Both the position numbers and the translations under genes were made by a program. A stretch of DNA of 63,761 nt, counting the filler, from Elsinoe ampelina (taxonomy: Eukaryota): the NCBI GenBank assembly GCA_010093995.1. It is 8 parts of 4 records of this genome, joined end to end, with 100 filler letters (N's around TTAATTAATTAA, not from the genome) between each part and the next. Parts side by side here need not be neighbours in the genome. Positions count along the whole stretch, not along the records: positions 13,187 to 27,491 come from ML992508.1; positions 27,592 to 36,194 come from ML992508.1; positions 36,295 to 50,888 come from ML992508.1; 5 more parts are not named here. One strand, given 5' to 3'. Below are positions 25,988 through 37,767 of the stretch, piece after piece. The first letter of the stretch is position 1. Every line of letters begins with the position of its first letter. The notes under the pieces are model-generated. The model worked only from the letters and a program-made list of their open reading frames with translations. It was not told the DNA's origin and did not search any database.

Positions 25988-27181
25988 ATAAGTGCTACTA
26001 CTTAGCTAGGCATTAGTAGCATTGCTACTAGTGCTAGAGTACTAGGTAGTTCGCTAGGTAGTAGAGGTAGAGGATATAATCTTCCTTAGTCTAGAGATTT
26101 AACTAGTTCTAAGATAAGAGAGTANNNNNNNNNNNNNNNNNNNNNNNNNNNNNNNNNNNNNNNNNNNNNNNNNNNNNNNNNNNNNNNNNNNNNNNNNNNN
26201 NNNNNNNNNNNNNNNNNNNNNNNNNNNNNNNNNNNNNNNNNNNNNNNNNNNNNNNNNNNNNNNNNNNNNNNNNNNNNNNNNNNNNNNNNNNNNNNNNNNN
26301 NNNNNNNNNNNNNNNNNNNNNNNNNNNNNNNNNNNNNNNNNNNNNNNNNNNNNNNNNNNNNNNNNNNNNNNNNNNNNNNNNNNNNNNNNNNNNNNNNNNN
26401 NNNNNNNNNAATTAACTTAACTAGTTCTCTAACTTATATAGCTACCTTAATAGGAACTAGTACTACTAGAAGAGTTATTTACTATAGTACTAACTACTAT
26501 ACTAAGTGTTAGAGCTCTACTCTAGGTAATAATAGTAGCCTTAGTAGGGCTAGCAAGTTTAAGTAGTGTATTATAGTCTCTAGCTAGTTCTATAGTGCCT
26601 ACACTAACTATATCTATAGTCTATAGTATAAGACTTACTCTCTTATCTAGTATACTCTAACTCTAAGACCTCTAAAAGAAACTTTAAGTAGTTTAAGGCC
26701 TATTACCTAACCTGTTCTATATAGCCTAATATACCTACTAACTAAGCTTCTAAGGTCTTTCTCTTTTAGTAGTGCTTTACCTTAAAGGTTCTTACTAAAG
26801 CCTACTTCTTCTTATAGTAGGCCTACTAACGTTATTAATAAGTCCTTAGTGTATCCTAACTTACGCTACTTTATTATAGTCCCTATAGACTTTGCTAATC
26901 TAGTAAATCCTATATAGGCTAAGCTCTAGGCTCTATAGATTATTATAGCTAGGTTTACTATAAGTATAGCTAAGAGTATATCTAGTAAGAGAAGTAGTCT
27001 TCTAACTATTTATACCTTTACTATACAAGGTTTAGCTAGTAGTATAGGTTATATAAGGAATGTATCTAGATCTTCCCTAAGAAACGAAAGGTTAAGGGCT
27101 AACTCTAATATATTAATAGGTAGTAGATCTTATACTAGCTCTAAGAGCTTTAAGAGAATAAGAACTCCTCTAAGAAAGTAA
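25988..27181 (+). pseudogene. RIP-inactivated antisense accessory ORF of Copia (DUF3716-like), allele 2
   Basis: De-RIPed CTKC-x19-C-x10-CTNC-x8-C (GKFKQCVVVSGQF.GACTNCVYG.QYKTCSL) at 26498-26644; in-frame stop AAG TAA at 27179-27181; interrupted by gap 26125-26409. Confidence 0.65.
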
Positions 27182-27591
27182 TTAGTAGAGTATAATAAGT
27201 AGTTAGTAGTATAGAATAGTAGTTAGTATTAAGTAGTAGATATAGCTTAGGTATAAGTAGCTAGTAATAAGGTTATAATAGCTTTTCCTTTCTCTCTTTT
27301 TAATGTTAGAGTAACTTACTTTAAGTTTTTAGACAAATAAGATAGCTTAATAAGTAGTAGTAGCATAAATAACATACTTAAAATAATAATACAAATAAAA
27401 TCTAAATAAGTATATAGTATAGTAATATACTAAATAATTAGCTTTTACTAATTAGTTAAGGATCTTATTAGGAGACTTAGGCTTTATAAGTNNNNNNNNN
27501 NNNNNNNNNNNNNNNNNNNNNNNNNNNNNNNNNNNTTAATTAATTAANNNNNNNNNNNNNNNNNNNNNNNNNNNNNNNNNNNNNNNNNNNN

Positions 27592-30500
27592 TAAGAGTTA
27601 GAGAAGGTATATCTTATAGATAATAAAGTACAATTAGATAGTATTATAAAGGCTAGCCTTAGTAATACTAGTGTTCGCTATCTAGACAAGGTTAACTATA
27701 GTACTTATATAAGGTAAGAACTATTCCTATATATATATGTTCTATATTATATACTCTATATACTTTATATACTTCGTAGCGAGAGTTAGAGGCAATATAG
27801 AGTACATGTCCGCTAGTAACCTACGTACTCTATAGTCTCTAGGGTAGAGCTACTAGAGAAGATAGAGAACTAAGTAAATGTTAGGCTAGGTTATATAATA
27901 ACCTTAGTAGTTTAATTAGTTCTAACGTCTCTACGCTCTAGCTATTCTACTAGTTCGTAACATTACTCTTCTCCTTTAATCGAGTTATCTTAACGAGTAA
28001 GTATTCTTTCTTATCCTTATACGCTATGTACTAAATATGCCTCCTAGTTGTTAAAGACATAGTAAATCTAGTATATCTATACGAAAGAACCTCTTAGAGT
28101 TTATTAAATTGTTTAGAACTAATATACTATAAGCTTACTCTTATTATAAGTCGAAAGAGCTAGACTATAAAGTCTATATTCGGTCGGGTATTTATAGCTA
28201 GTATGTTATAAGTAACTATCTAGGTTATAATATTTAAGTAATAAAATTAAAATAGTAGCGTCTCTAGTCTAAGTATATTTGTTTACGAAAGGAATTAGTT
28301 ATAGCTAAGGCTACTAGAAAGGAAGCTAAAGAAGCTTATAAAAAGGTAAAAGAGGCTTATTAAAGAGCTATAGGCAATAAGCCTTACCTATATAAAGAGA
28401 TATAGAAATTAAAGAATAAGGTAGAGAAAGTAATCTCTCTAGAGAAAATCTATATTTAAGTTCTAGAGTAAGAAGAAATACTATTATTAGTAGATTCTAT
28501 TCTACTATAAGATTAGTAATTATTTATACCTAACTCCGATTAGAGTTTCTTATTTAGTAACGATTAAGGTGCTTCTATTAGCTAAGTAGTTTTCCTTAGG
28601 CATTCTCGTTTTTGTTTAGTATTAGTAGTGTTAGGCCTACCTAGTTAGTTTACTTAGGATAGGTTTTTAGTCTAGTAATCTAGAATTGCTTATAAGGTAA
28701 AGTATTTCTCTAGTTCCTATATTACTTTACTATACTAATGTCCTTTCTAGTAGATAAGATAGTAACGCTTTCCCCTTATAGATTTATAACGTAAAACTCT
28801 TTTAATCTTATACTATAGCTTCTATATCTCTTTATCTAGTTTAATAGGTCTAGGTACTCCGTCTTATAGTGCTTTTTCTAATAGTAATATATAAAAGACT
28901 AAGTGGATTCTTATATGTCTAGGTAGTTCTAGTTTATATATGTTTTTGTTTTTCTTTTCTAGGATCTTAAAGGGTTTTAGTTTAGTATAGTTAAGCTTCT
29001 TACTTAGTTGTTTCGTTTTAATATTTTTACTAAGGAGGTAAACTTTCTCTCTCTCCTATAGAATTAGTCCTATAATTCTCTTCTAGTTAGTAAACTCTAC
29101 TATTCTTTATAATATAAATACTATATCTTAGTATAGCTAGTTATATAACTTCTTAATATTAGCTACTAGTATATTTATATCCTTAGATATTAGCTTAATT
29201 CTAAGTGTGTTATAGTATAGATCTAGGTATATTCTATAGTTTACATAGAATAGTAAAACTCTATTTGCTAACTTTCTATTATTAATAGCAAGCTCTACGA
29301 GTAGTAATAGAGTTACCTATAAGTCTTACTTATAGTTTAGATAGTAGCGTAGGTACTACTCTAGTACTTAATTTACCTATTTAGTTTATCTATCCGTTTA
29401 TAGGTAAAAGAAGGTTAATAGCTTATATTTAACTCCTAGTAGATCTATAAATAATTACTAGAATTGTAATATAAAGAGCTTATCTCTATCGGTTATTAGG
29501 TCTTATAGTACTCTATACTATAAAACAATTATTTAGAGAAAGATAAAGGCTATATTCTTAGTAGTTGCTATTATCTTATATAGTATAAAGTAGTAGTACT
29601 TCGTAAACTTATCTACTAGGACTAGAATACTATTATACTTCGCACCTATAAGAGGCTCTTCTAATAGCGGTAGAGGTCCTATAAAGTCTATCGTAACTAA
29701 TTACTATAGTTTATCTAGTAGTAGTAAGGGTTATAGTAAGCTATATAGCTTATATTATAAGTACTTAGACTTATAGCATATATTGTATATAGTAATATAT
29801 ATCTTAACATCGTTTTAGAGTTCTTTCTATAGGTAGTTCTATATAATAAGTTTAATAGTCTTATTAATCCTACTATGTCCTACTATTAGATTATTATAGT
29901 ATATTTAAATAACTTTCTATTTTTGTTCTCTCGTAAGCTCCTAGGTAAGGCTATATAACTACTCTACCTTTAGGTGCTTATAGACTAGAGCGCTATCTTA
30001 CTACTTTAGTATAGAGGCCTCTATTATTATTATATTTTTTAAGTAATTCGGCCGGTAGCTAAGAGTATCTACTCTATCGTTTTCTAATCCCTTAACGTAA
30101 TAGATCTAGAAGTTATAGCTTATAAGTGTCTCTAACTATCGTACTTGTCGTCTATTAAGAACCTTAGTAGTTGTCTAATATAGAAAGTTCTTATAGTCGG
30201 TATAGACTTATATAGGTAAGGTTATTCTTTCTAGGTATACTCTCTACTTACGGAATGCCTTTATAATTATAAGTAGTTCCTTATTATATATATTATAGTT
30301 AAGTTTAGGTCTAGTTATTTTCTGTAAATAATATATAATTAGGTAGCATTATTCTTCCGCGTCTTTCTATACTAGATACACTTCTATTATAAAGTCTAAT
30401 ATATCTATCTCTAGTAGTGCTTATTAGTCTAGGTCGAAGAGTACTAAGATAGGTACTATTATAAGTCTAAGCTTTAGCTCCTTAAAGGCTTACCTATATC

Positions 30501-33500
30501 TTTTGTTAAAGATAAAGCTAGTTTTCTTTTTCGTAAGGTTAAATATTAGTATAGCTACCTTAGAGAATCCTTTAATAAACTTATAGTAGTAGTTAAAGAA
30601 TCCTAGTAGCGCTTAAACCTCCTTAACTATTATAGGTTCCGGCTAGTTATTTACTAACTTAATCTTCTTCGGATTAGGTCTAATACTATTAGTAGATATA
30701 ACATAGTCTAGAAATTGTATCTTATATTTATAAAACTTATACTTAGAGAGCTTTACTAGTAAGTCTTTTTCTTTTAGTTTCTATAGCACCTTACGAATAT
30801 GTCCTATATATTTATTATACATCTTTAAGAAGATAACAATATTATCTAAATATACTAAGATAAAGTTATTAAGGTATTCTTATAGAGTGTTATTAATTAA
30901 CTCTTAGAAGGTTATAGAAGCGTTAGTTAACCTAAAGAGTATAATAAGGTACTTATATAGACTCTATTACGTCCTAAAAGCCGTTTTCTACTCCTTGCCT
31001 TTCTTTATTTATACTTAATAATAAGCATCTCTAATGTTAATTACGGTAAACTATTTAGCTCTAAGTAGTCGGTCTTAAAGTTTGTTAATCCTTAGTAGGG
31101 GATAGTAATTCTTCCTAGTAAGTGTATTAAGTTTCTAGTAATTAATGCATATTTATAATATTCTATCCTTTTTAGGTGTAAAAAGTACTCCGTGTATAAT
31201 AGGTAATTTTAATAGTTATATAAATCCTTTAAGTAGGTACTTATCGATATAGTTCTTAAGAATATTCTTCTCTTATCTCGATAGTAGTATAAGACCTTAA
31301 TAGTATATCGGGGATTTACTCTCTTTAAAGAGTATTTTATAATTCTATAGTTTATATTAGAGTAAGGCTATAATACTTTCTCTTTCTTTAAATAAGTTCT
31401 TAAAGTCTTTATATTCTAGTAGAAGTACTTAATCGCTTACGCTAGCGATAGCTCTAACTATTAGTCGTACCTATACTATCCTTATAGTTAGTATCTATAG
31501 AGCTAATTATGCTCTCTATATTCTATAATTACACTTAGGAAATTTAAGTGTTTCTTTAATCTAGTCTATATCTAGATTATATTATTAAAGCTAGTCTATG
31601 CTAAGTACTATATTATACTATATATCTACTATATCGATTAATTGTTTTTCTATATATATTTTAATTTTAATTATAACGTTTTATAGTTCCTAAGTAACTT
31701 TCCTATTCTTCCCTATAGGAGTTCTATCTACTATAGTAAGTAGGTAAAGTAACTTCTTCTAATATTAATAAGGTTTAAGCTAGTTAGTAACTGTTATAGA
31801 AATATAGCTATAGTTAGCTCCTAAATCTATTATTACTCTTACCTTATTCCTTTATATTTTAACTTCTAGTATAAAGTAGTTTAACGTGTAGATTTTTATT
31901 ATATTAAGGCTTTAGCTAGTGTTATTATCTTACCTTATTAGGTAATAACTAGCTAGTTTTTTGTTATTATAGCTCCTTAGATAAGTAGCTAATCCCTTCC
32001 TATATATATCTACTATTAGTACTATACCTATTAGGCTAGTTATGTCTTATTACTATTTAATATAGTAAGGTAGACTTCTAGCACTTAAGTTCCTTAATAA
32101 CTATAAAGTCTAATAATCCTCTACTAATTACACTAAGTAGTATTATACACCTATATCGATATAACTATTCCCTCTAGATAGAGCTATATATTAGCGTTAA
32201 AGACGAACGTAGGTTAAGTAGGTTTATCTTATTATATCCTACTCTAGTAGTAGGTGTATATTATTATATAATTTCTCTATATTTCTATAAGGTATACCTT
32301 AAGTTGTCTACCTAGTAGTAGTATATCGTTGTTGTTATTATTATTAGGTAAATCCTTATCTATATTATTATATCGTAGTTATTTAGTATATTCTTCGTTA
32401 TATTTCTCTTTATTGCTATTACCCCTAGTATAGTTATAATTAGTAAGGCTATACTAAGTATATTCTTATACTTAGCTATAGGGAATAGCACTATCTATTT
32501 TAATTACCGAGAAGTCCGTAGTATACTTAAGACTAATAGTATCTTCTCTAAGTACATTATATAAGTAGATAGTATAGTACTATTTATAATTTAGATTTGT
32601 ATATTTCTAGAGCGATATATAATATACCTTTCCTTATAGTTCGCTATAAAAGCTAAAGGTAAGGTTACTATATTATTATATAGCACTTACGTTCTAATAC
32701 TTCGTTTTAATAATTATATATTAGTAATTGTCGCTAACTACCTCCTAAGGTTAGTTAATATTACTACTAATTATAGAGAGCTCTTCTAGGTTAGGTTCCT
32801 AGTCTAGCTATTTTATTAGTTACCTATACTTAGATAGCTTATATAGAAACTAAGTAGATCCTTACTTATCTAATAAGTAAATATAACAAGAGTTATTATA
32901 ATATACTATTTATAATAGTGTTACGTATTAGCTTTATTATTTACTATTAGTTATAGAGATATTAAGTGTAATATCTAGAGAGAATTCTATTACCTCTCGA
33001 GTTGTTATAGACTTCTTCTATATTTCCTTACCTACGCTAAGAGTCGTTAGGTCTTCTATAGTAGTATTAGCCTTTTTTTTTACTAGCCTAGTAACTATTA
33101 TATATAATCTATTAGCTAGCGCCCCTTATTAGTAGTCTCTAGCCTAATATCTAGGTCTTTTATTTTTAAAATATAAATTGTCTTATCTATACTTCTCTCT
33201 CTCTTTTCCGCTAAGGAACTTTTCTCTATAGCTATAGCCTTATACTTATAAGAGGCAACCTTCGCGTATAGCGTTAAGTTCTATAGAGTCTCTATAACTC
33301 TAAGAGAAACGCGTATATCTAGTGTTTACCTTATATTCTCTACGACGTTCTATGTGTCGTTTATAGAGTTAGTTATTAATAGCAATTATAGTATCTACTA
33401 GTTCCTAAAGGCTATCCGGTAGCTTAAGTATTATTTAATCTTTAACCGAGTTACTTAGCCCTTAATAGAATATAGAGTGTTTAGTACTATCGTCCTAGTC

Positions 33501-34523
33501 TAGGTGTATTACGAGTTACTAGAACTAGGAATAGTACTAGGCTATAGACCTATATTATTATAGTTATTAGATCTTCGTTATAGTAATACGTTTCTTATTA
33601 GATACGTTAAAGACTTACTTAATCTTTACCTAGAAGATACTAAAGCTCTTAAAGATAGCCTTTATATCTAGGCTTAGTTATCTATCTAGGTAGCTACTTA
33701 TATAAGGCTTAAACTACTTAAAGGCGGCGCCTTTAAAGTATATCCCGGTATAGAGGACCTTTACTACGTCGTTAGCGTACTTATCTCTCTCTAAGGCGAA
33801 GAAGGCTTTAAGCTAGATAAGGAAGCGCCTTAAGTAGGCGCGGTCCCTATAGAAGAGTTCTACCTCTAGCTTAGGCCTACTCTGTCCTTTCTCTATACTA
33901 AGAGACTTTCTATATTTACCCGAGGTTAAACTAGTAGTAGATATATCGTTAATAGTAAGCTTTCTTAGCTTACTAGTGATTAAAGATACTAATAGTAACT
34001 TAGAGCAAGAGTTACTTATTAACCTTATAGCGTGCTATACTATAGTAAGGGTAGTTAAAATGTTATAAACCGTCTAAATATAGCCTATACTAGTAGTCTA
34101 AGCTAAGCTAAGAACGAGGTAGTTCTACTTCTATAGTAGAATAGTACTAAGGTAAGAGTTAGAGAAGGTATATCTTATAGATAATAAAGTATAATTAGAT
34201 AGTATTATAAAGGCTAGCCTTAGTAATACTAGTATTCGCTATCTAGACAAGGTTAACTATAGTACTTATATAAGGTAAGAACTATTCCTATATATATATA
34301 TTCTATGTTATATACTCTATATACTCTATATACTCTATAGTAAGAGTCGGGGGCAACGTAGAGTATATATCCGCTAGTAACCTATATACTCTATAGTCTC
34401 TAGAGTAGAGCTACTAGAGAAGATAGAGAACTAAGTAAATGTCGAGCTAGGTCACGTAATAACCTTAGTAGTTTAATTAGTCCTAACGTCTCTACGCTCT
34501 AGCTATCCTACTAGTTCGTAACA
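27592..34523 (-). mobile_element. Ty3/Gypsy chromovirus copy 2 nested in Copia C; RIP-degenerate
   Basis: Left LTR partial (27592-27962), right LTR complete at 34061-34523 (463 bp, TGTTA...GTAACA). Colinear with copy 1, including RT and chromodomain remnants. Confidence 0.9.
28037..28585 (+). pseudogene. RIP-inactivated antisense Zn(II)2Cys6-like/coiled-coil ORF of Gypsy, copy 2
   Basis: ATG CCT CCT start. De-RIPed MP..ACSRCKSKELDCKVHVRSGICGQCVASNYPGCD, then a coiled-coil-like tract and an acidic tail. Confidence 0.65.
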
Positions 34524-36809
34524 ATTAGCTATTATAATAACTTAGTTATAATAAAGAGTATATACAAGAATTACTCTTCTAGTTTTAGCTCTTAGTATTA
34601 GTATAAAGGTTCTAATAAAGTTAATATCTACTCTTTAAGTAAAGCCCCTTATAGTCTAANNNNNNNNNNNNNNNNNNNNNNNNNNNNNNNNNNNNNNNNN
34701 NNNNNNNNNNNNNNNNNNNNNNNNNNNNNNNNNNNNNNNNNNNNNNNNNNNNNNNNNNNNNNNNNNNNNNNNNNNNNNNNNNNNNNNNNNNNNNNNNNNN
34801 NNNNNNNNNNNNNNNNNNNNNNNNNNNNNNNNNNNNNNNNNNNNNNNNNNNNNNNNNNNNNNNNNNNNNNNNNNNNNNNNNNNNNNNNNNNNNNNNNNNN
34901 NNNNNNNNNNNNNNNNNNNNNNNNNNNNNNNNNNNNNNNNNNNNNNNNNNNNNNNNNNNNNNNTATATATATTAGTAGTTAATTAACATTAACTATAGGA
35001 TTAAAGGTTAAATATAGTTTACTAATAACTTTAGGTAGTAGTATTATAAGGTCTTTACCTTTATAATTAGTAATAGTAAGTTACTTCTCCTATTTATTAA
35101 TAGGTTAAGGATCTAGTTTAGGATGTTAGTATTACTCTCTCTATTCTTTAATAGGGGTAGATAATTATTATTTATATCTAAGGATTAAAGAGTAGTTAGA
35201 TATTAGTTATTTAGCTTAAGGTTATTTAGCCTAAGTAGTTTATAGATTCTTATAACTAAAGGGTAGTTAATTATAGCTATAGCCTTAATAATTATAGCTA
35301 TAGTCTTAATTATAATTACTACTAAATATCTACTTCCCCTAAAGCTATAAAGCCTTAGGTTATTATACCTATAGGATATATAGCTATTTAATAACTTATA
35401 TTACCTAGTCTTTATAGACTATATTCTTATTAAATATTACATAGAGTAATATAATAATCTTTTCCTTCTAGGCTTACTAAGTATAATACTAATAAGATAT
35501 TTAGATAAGGTAATTAGTTATTAAGTTATTCTATATGCTAATATACTAACTAAGTAGTGCTCTAGCTTAGAATTTGTATAATTTAGAAATATATTAGTTA
35601 TAGATATAGGCTCTATAGCTAAAGCGTCTAATATAAGTTAATAAGACTAGCCTATTATTATTAAGAAGATTCTTTCTTAGCTCTTATATAGGGATCTTCT
35701 TAGTTTTAGTATAGGCAATTCTATTACTAATATAGATTATAAACTTTATAACTATATACTAGAGTTTAAGGGGTGCTCTATAATTAATAAAGATATACCT
35801 TGCTCTAAGAATAACTACTTTATTAGTAGCCTTAGATTTACTATTTTAGTATTAAGTATTAGGTATAGAGATATTCTATCTCTACTCTTTAAGATAAATA
35901 GCTATTACTAGTTTATAGTTCTTAAATTTACTCTCTCTATTAGAGATAAAGATAAATAAAAGCTTATTATAAGCTATTTTATTCCTTATATAGATAAGTT
36001 TAATTACTACTAGTATATTACTCTTAAGAAAGAGAATAGTAATAAACTTATACTTACTCTTACTATATATTATAAAGAGAAGATATTTATAGCCCTTACT
36101 TAACTATAGTTTAATAGGACTAATAAGGTCTAGATAGAGCTTATCTAATAAGTACTTTAGTATATCCCTTAGTTCTCTTAATACTACTCTCTATNNNNNN
36201 NNNNNNNNNNNNNNNNNNNNNNNNNNNNNNNNNNNNNNTTAATTAATTAANNNNNNNNNNNNNNNNNNNNNNNNNNNNNNNNNNNNNNNNNNNNTCTCTC
36301 TTAAGAATCTAAGTCTTAAGCATTTTTACTAATCTAGATATAATAATAGTAATTAGCTAAAGGCTTATTAATTTAATTAATGTAATTAGCTTATTTAAGC
36401 CGTTTAAGCTATTTAATTAAAGAGTTAATACGGGCTACTATAAGTGTTTATCTTAATATAGCTAGTCTAGAATTTAGTATAGGCGGCTTAGTAATCCTTT
36501 TAATAATAACATACTTAATTTGCTATAGCTTTAAGTGCTTTTATAGAAGCGCCGGGCTTATAACCTGTTATAACTGGCAAATTAGATCGAGAGATGTGTA
36601 TTTTATTCAGAGAGTTACAATAACCGATTTATCTACTATGCGTGCGCTGACTTATCAGTGCCAGTTCTTCAGTACCAGAGAAGCTGTACTACAACAGCGC
36701 CGACATCACCACTTTCCACTCGTTCATCCTCACATACACTCATTCTCCTGCGCATACTGTCCCAAGTCCTACCAGACCGCCTGACTAACATCGCACATCG
36801 TGACCCAGC

Positions 36810-37467
36810 ATGCCCGGCAAAGGCAAAACTCTCCACTCGATCCACTCCCGCGGCCTCGGCCTCGGCAAATCAAAGGAAAGGGTACCCCATCGTCATAGAA
36901 AGGTGCTCCACTTCCTGCCCACGGCATGCGGACTATACTGATGTGTACCAGATATTGCGCGACAACATCCAAGGTACCACCCTCCCTCCCACTTCCAACC
37001 CCGTCCAGTGTCTCGCTGTGGTCATGTCCGGCGATGATCCACTTGCTGATGCTGAATCGCAGGTATCACGAAACCAGCCATCCGTCGCCTGGCGAGGCGA
37101 GGGGGTGTGAAGCGTATCTCTGGCGGGATCTACGGTGAGATGAGGACGGTGATGAAGATCTATCTCGAGAAGGTGTTGAGAGAGATCTGCTTTATCCTTG
37201 GTGAGGCTGATGGACTCGAATCGTGGGATTGGAGGTGCTGATGATATGTAGAGGGCTGTGGCAGGAAGACGGTCATGACTAGTGATGTGAGTACTGGATC
37301 TGACAATTTGGGGGTGAATGCGGCTGACGACGGGTAGATTGTGTTTGTGCTGAATAGGGTTCGTGAGACCGTGGCGTGGCGGTTTGTGGATGGGCACTGA
37401 CTGTTCGTAGCAAGGACGAACGCTGTATGGTTTTGGGGATGGGAAGACGGCTGGCTTTGCGTATTGA
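36810..37467 (+). CDS. Divergent histone H4 variant (hH4v/H4E-like), 6 exons, ~121 aa
   Basis: Exons 36810-36902, 36952-36973, 37063-37200, 37252-37286, 37338-37358, 37411-37467, all GT..AG with CTGAY branch sites. Protein: [121 protein letters not shown]. Confidence 0.92.
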
Positions 37468-37767
37468 GAGACATGAAGGGCTTTCGATATCGTGCAGCGA
37501 AGGTCGAGAGAGGTAGGGGCCCAGGAGTTGGTATTGAAAGATTATCATGCGACAAGGGCGATGACGATAACGACGACGACGCCTGGTATCAGAATCCTGC
37601 CAGTCATTATGAAGACCGACCAGCTTGGACTGCTCGATCACGGGCGAGAGGCATCGAGACAAAGGCACTACCAGGGTGGGTAGGAATACGACATGACACG
37701 ACACGCAGGATACCCCGCTACTACAACCTGTAGCAAAGCAGATTTGCATGCAATAAATCATCAACGT

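Larger units (their letters stand above)
25488..36696 (-). mobile_element. Copia family 1, copy C, full span with 5-bp TSD GCGCC and nested Gypsy; RIP-degenerate
   Basis: LTRs at 25488-25629 and 36566-36696 (the latter has an ~11-bp deletion). GCGCC at 25483-25487 and 36697-36701. PPT and PBS as in the other copies. Confidence 0.92.

Noticed and set aside
36596..37764. ORF-track calls overlapping the LTR and H4-variant region
   Set aside because: Explained by the spliced H4 variant and the LTR; no independent motifs.
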